A stretch of DNA of 64,000 nucleotides from a bacterium (lineage in GTDB: Bacteria > Zhuqueibacterota > Zhuqueibacteria > Residuimicrobiales > Krinioviventaceae), in contig OY843751.1 in NCBI GenBank assembly GCA_963693055.1, positions 5,920,001 through 5,984,000 on the forward strand. Direction: 5' to 3'. Each line of letters starts with the position of its first letter. The first letter of the stretch is position 1. The notes beneath the pieces are model-generated. The model was not told where the DNA came from. It did no database searches and saw only the letters and a list, made by a program, of their open reading frames with translations. Made by a program: the position numbers and the translations under genes. Below, piece by piece: positions 60,867-64,000 of this stretch.

Positions 60867-63374
60867 GTGGTAGACTTTGACAAATTAAGAACCAAAAAGA
60901 AAAAAACCAAGGCGATAGAACCATCTGAAATTTTCCGTCGCTTACCGAAACCACCTGGAATCAATGATCTCTACACCAGTCAAGCTGAGGTACTTCATGC
61001 TTGGTTTAAAAATAGGCAAGAACGCGATACTGTCGTAAAGCTGCATACTGGTGGTGGTAAAACTCTGGTTGGCCTTCTTATGGCTCAATCAACGCTGAAT
61101 GAAACTTCAGAGCCTGTTCTCTATCTTGCTTCAACTGTCCAACTTGTTAATCAGACTATAGAAAAAGCAATCAGTATTGGCATAAACGCCGTCGCATACG
61201 AACGAAGACAGCCATTGAACGAAGACTTTATAAACTCAAATGCCGTCATGGTTGGCACATATAAGGCTCTATTCAATGGGCGGAGCAAATTTGGTCTTCG
61301 TGGAGATCCATTACCACAAAAAGTCTCAGCAGTCATCCTTGATGATGCCCATGCTGCCTTTTCCGTTGTACGCGAATCCTTTACGCTTGATGTCAAAGCC
61401 GAAGTGGATAGAGAAAGATATGAAAGTTTAGCTGATTTATTTCGAAAGGCATTTAAGGAAACAGATAAGATTGGGACATTTGATGATATCATTGCGGGAT
61501 CTGAATATTCTGTTTTGGAAGTTCCGTATTGGGCGTGGCATGAGCAACTAGATACTGTCCGTGAACAAATAAAATCAGATGCAGATAAATATGCTCTAGT
61601 TTGGCCACTTTTACGAGATCAATTGCATTTTTGTCACGCGCTAATAAGCCGTAATGCTTTCACAATTACACCGATTCTCCCGCTTGTAAATGCCTTCCCA
61701 ACTTTCTTTGATGCATCACGACGCATTTATATGTCTGCAACAATAGCTGATGATAGTGATATCGTTCGTACATTTGATGCGAATCCTGAAGCAGTGCAGA
61801 AGCCACTGACTTCTCGATCGTTAGCAGGCGTAAGTGAACGTATGATTTTGATTCCTGATCTGATGCCATTCAAATTCGATGTAACGAATGCAATCAAAAA
61901 AATTGTTGAATGGACTTCAAAGAATAAACTAGGAGCAATAATTCTTGTCCCGTCCGATAAAGCTGCAGAAAAATGGATAGATTCTGTAACTGTAGCAAAG
62001 GGGTCTGCCGAAGTTGAAAAACTTGTAGCCGACTTGCAGGAAAGGGCAACATCGGGACCAGTTGTATTTGCAAACCGATACGATGGCATCGATTTACCAG
62101 GCGATTCATGCCGATTGCTTGTTATGAGCGGTCTGCCTGCTGGTACATCAAATTACGAGTTATTTCGAGCAGCCGCTCTTTTTGGTGCTACAACAATCAA
62201 TAGGATGCTCGCCCAACGAATTGAGCAAGGCATTGGAAGGGGGGCCAGAGGCTCTGGGGATCATTGTGTAGTCCTTCTTGCTGGGGCAGACATTGCGGGC
62301 TGGGTGGCTAAAGACGCTAATTTTAAGCTTCTAACCAATGCCACAAGAGCACAAATTGAAATGGGTGCAGAGATCAGCAAAGAAGTAAGTGATCTTAAGG
62401 AGCTTGCACAAACAATTCAACGGAGTTTCGATCGCGATAAAGGATGGATTGAATATCACGCAGAAACTCTTGCTGAATTGGTGGATGAAGAGGCTCCAGA
62501 AGAATTACGATTTATACAAGCCGCTGGAGAAAGAAAAGCTTTTAATTTGTGGGTCGACGGCTATCATGAGCAGGCAATTTCGAAAATTGAGAAAAACCTA
62601 ATTAAAATAAATTCATTGGATTTACAAATTTGTGGATGGATGGAGCAATTAGCTGGTCGCATTGCCGATCGTTGGGGACATCCTGATCGTGCGGATTATT
62701 TCCAACGCCAGGCATATGCACATAACCGTTGCCTAACCCGTCCAAAAGTTCTACCCCCTTATCGTCGGTTATCAGCTCCTAGCGTACAAGCGATGGCTAT
62801 TGTAAATCAACTAATCGATTACCGGTTAAGACGAGGTTTTTTGCAGTCTTTTGAGGAAGTTGTTTCACATCTGCATCATAACTCCTCTGCTAGTCAATTT
62901 GAACAGGCTTTGGCCGATCTTGCCATCATGATCGGGCTTTCCTCTGAGAGACACGATATAAATGGCCAAGGTCCTGATGTATTATGGCTTTTGCCAGAAA
63001 AAATTGGATTTGTCATTGAAGCAAAAAGCCGTAAAAAGGAAAAAAATGCGCTTACAAAAGAAGAACATGGGCAACTCTTAGTCGCCGCCGAATGGTTTAG
63101 TACCAATTATAAAGGATACGAATGTGTTCGTGTGAGCGTTCATCCAAAAAATCAAGCGACAAAAGCCGCTGTTGCAGGTGCTTCACACGCTTTAACCTAT
63201 GAAAAATTAGCGCTTCTAGTCTCTGATTCCCGCGCTCTTCTTTCTACTCTTTCCGAATCACAACTATCCGCAGAAGACCTTGTGATAGAGTGCCAAAGGC
63301 TTTTATCGAATACATCATTAAGAGCTGAGCAAATTTCAAAGAATTATTTGCTTCCATTTAAAGAGATAGAATGA
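60867..63374 (+). CDS. SF2 (DinG-like) helicase with C-terminal PD-(D/E)xK nuclease; Hna-like anti-phage protein
   Basis: Q motif LYTSQ, HTGGGKT, LDDAH, SAT, YDGIDLP, QGIGRGAR; C-terminal GPDVLW...VIEAK. Confidence 0.75.
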   Translation: MVDFDKLRTKKKKTKAIEPSEIFRRLPKPPGINDLYTSQAEVLHAWFKNRQERDTVVKLHTGGGKTLVGLLMAQSTLNETSEPVLYLASTVQLVNQTIEKAISIGINAVAYERRQPLNEDFINSNAVMVGTYKALFNGRSKFGLRGDPLPQKVSAVILDDAHAAFSVVRESFTLDVKAEVDRERYESLADLFRKAFKETDKIGTFDDIIAGSEYSVLEVPYWAWHEQLDTVREQIKSDADKYALVWPLLRDQLHFCHALISRNAFTITPILPLVNAFPTFFDASRRIYMSATIADDSDIVRTFDANPEAVQKPLTSRSLAGVSERMILIPDLMPFKFDVTNAIKKIVEWTSKNKLGAIILVPSDKAAEKWIDSVTVAKGSAEVEKLVADLQERATSGPVVFANRYDGIDLPGDSCRLLVMSGLPAGTSNYELFRAAALFGATTINRMLAQRIEQGIGRGARGSGDHCVVLLAGADIAGWVAKDANFKLLTNATRAQIEMGAEISKEVSDLKELAQTIQRSFDRDKGWIEYHAETLAELVDEEAPEELRFIQAAGERKAFNLWVDGYHEQAISKIEKNLIKINSLDLQICGWMEQLAGRIADRWGHPDRADYFQRQAYAHNRCLTRPKVLPPYRRLSAPSVQAMAIVNQLIDYRLRRGFLQSFEEVVSHLHHNSSASQFEQALADLAIMIGLSSERHDINGQGPDVLWLLPEKIGFVIEAKSRKKEKNALTKEEHGQLLVAAEWFSTNYKGYECVRVSVHPKNQATKAAVAGASHALTYEKLALLVSDSRALLSTLSESQLSAEDLVIECQRLLSNTSLRAEQISKNYLLPFKEIE

Positions 63375-63389
63375 ATGGGCGAACATAGT

Positions 63390-63407
63390 CCGGCCCTCGT
63401 GGCCGGG
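63390..63407. repeat. 18-bp GC-rich palindrome, copy 2
   Basis: CCGGCCCTCGTGGCCGGG, 16 bp after the helicase stop. Confidence 0.75.
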
Positions 63408-63467
63408 AATTATTTTAAAAATCCCGGAGGTAAGCTCCGGGTTACTTAGCACTGGAAGGAAACATGT

Positions 63468-64000
63468 TTGACTAATATCACGAATAAAAACTCAGCTCCT
63501 CTGACTGACACTATCATAGTAGCACTATCGAAATTAGTGGACGATGCGCAGGAACAGACATATCGCGAGCCTAGCCACTCCGAAATTCAGACACAGATTG
63601 ATAGAGCCCAATTATCATCGTGCGACCCTAATCAACAGGGTCAAACGCTTGGAAAGGCAAAACGTGTTCGTGCTGTCCTAAACTGGGCTATTGAGAACAA
63701 TGCGGATGCAGGAGGTAGGTTTGTCTATGGACTACTCAGCCACATTAGGGGATGTGGAGGTTTTCGTGTAGAGTCTCCAAACTACGCTGGAGCAGATGCC
63801 ATTCGTGGTGCAGTTGAGGCCTTTAATACAGAGGGTTTCTTGTTGGGGTTTGACGGGGTTCTAAGTCGAAAGGTTCTTGATGGATTGTCTGGAAACGAAC
63901 TCACAGAGGCACTTGAGGGTTACGTACACCGCGCGAAAAAGGGGGTTGCGGATGCTGCCTTGCTCACCGGAACAAGTAAAGATCTATTGGAAGCCACTGC
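63468..64000 (+). CDS. Abortive-infection family protein (Abi_C/AbiJ-like), partial; runs off the window end and is not in the ORF track
   Basis: Manual translation from TTG 63468 (RBS GGAAGGA): MTNITNKNSAPLTDTIIVALSKLVDDAQ...GKAKRVRAVL...DAALLTGTSKDLLEAT, with no stop. The SK.LLE motif resembles the start of Abi_C. Confidence 0.65.
   Translation, partial: MTNITNKNSAPLTDTIIVALSKLVDDAQEQTYREPSHSEIQTQIDRAQLSSCDPNQQGQTLGKAKRVRAVLNWAIENNADAGGRFVYGLLSHIRGCGGFRVESPNYAGADAIRGAVEAFNTEGFLLGFDGVLSRKVLDGLSGNELTEALEGYVHRAKKGVADAALLTGTSKDLLEAT

Overview
Bacterial chromosomal window containing the replication origin. The lineage is inferred to be FCB-superphylum-like (KSB1/Calditrichota-type) from the secreted proteins with a YPNPFNP C-terminal domain and from the gene content; this is not proven. 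From 1-12 kb: a partial RecA/KaiC-like ATPase and fusA (minus strand), a DnaA-box cluster (oriC), then dnaA-dnaN-recF-dciA-gyrB-gyrA. The GyrA lacks the blade-1 GyrA-box, and both gyrase subunits carry quinolone-resistance-type residues. From 12-32 kb: envelope and housekeeping genes (patatin-Omp85, bioY, ABC pair, pgsA, TPR-DUF4292-GT2-GT4-YfhO-kinase-SDR). From 32-47 kb: carbohydrate-active genes (two GH3, GH92, sulfatase, an unassigned GH-like protein), arfB, and a GxxExxY nuclease gene bracketed by 29-bp inverted triple-heptamer repeats. From 47-64 kb: an accessory region of unrelated, mostly plus-strand genes punctuated by five copies of a 31-bp palindrome. It also holds one convincing attC-like site, two 381-aa secreted paralogs with patchy hypervariation, a doubly pseudogenised MazF-type TA pair, and the start of a defence island (Hna-like helicase-nuclease plus Abi_C-type gene). 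All calls come from motif recognition by eye; no database searches were run.
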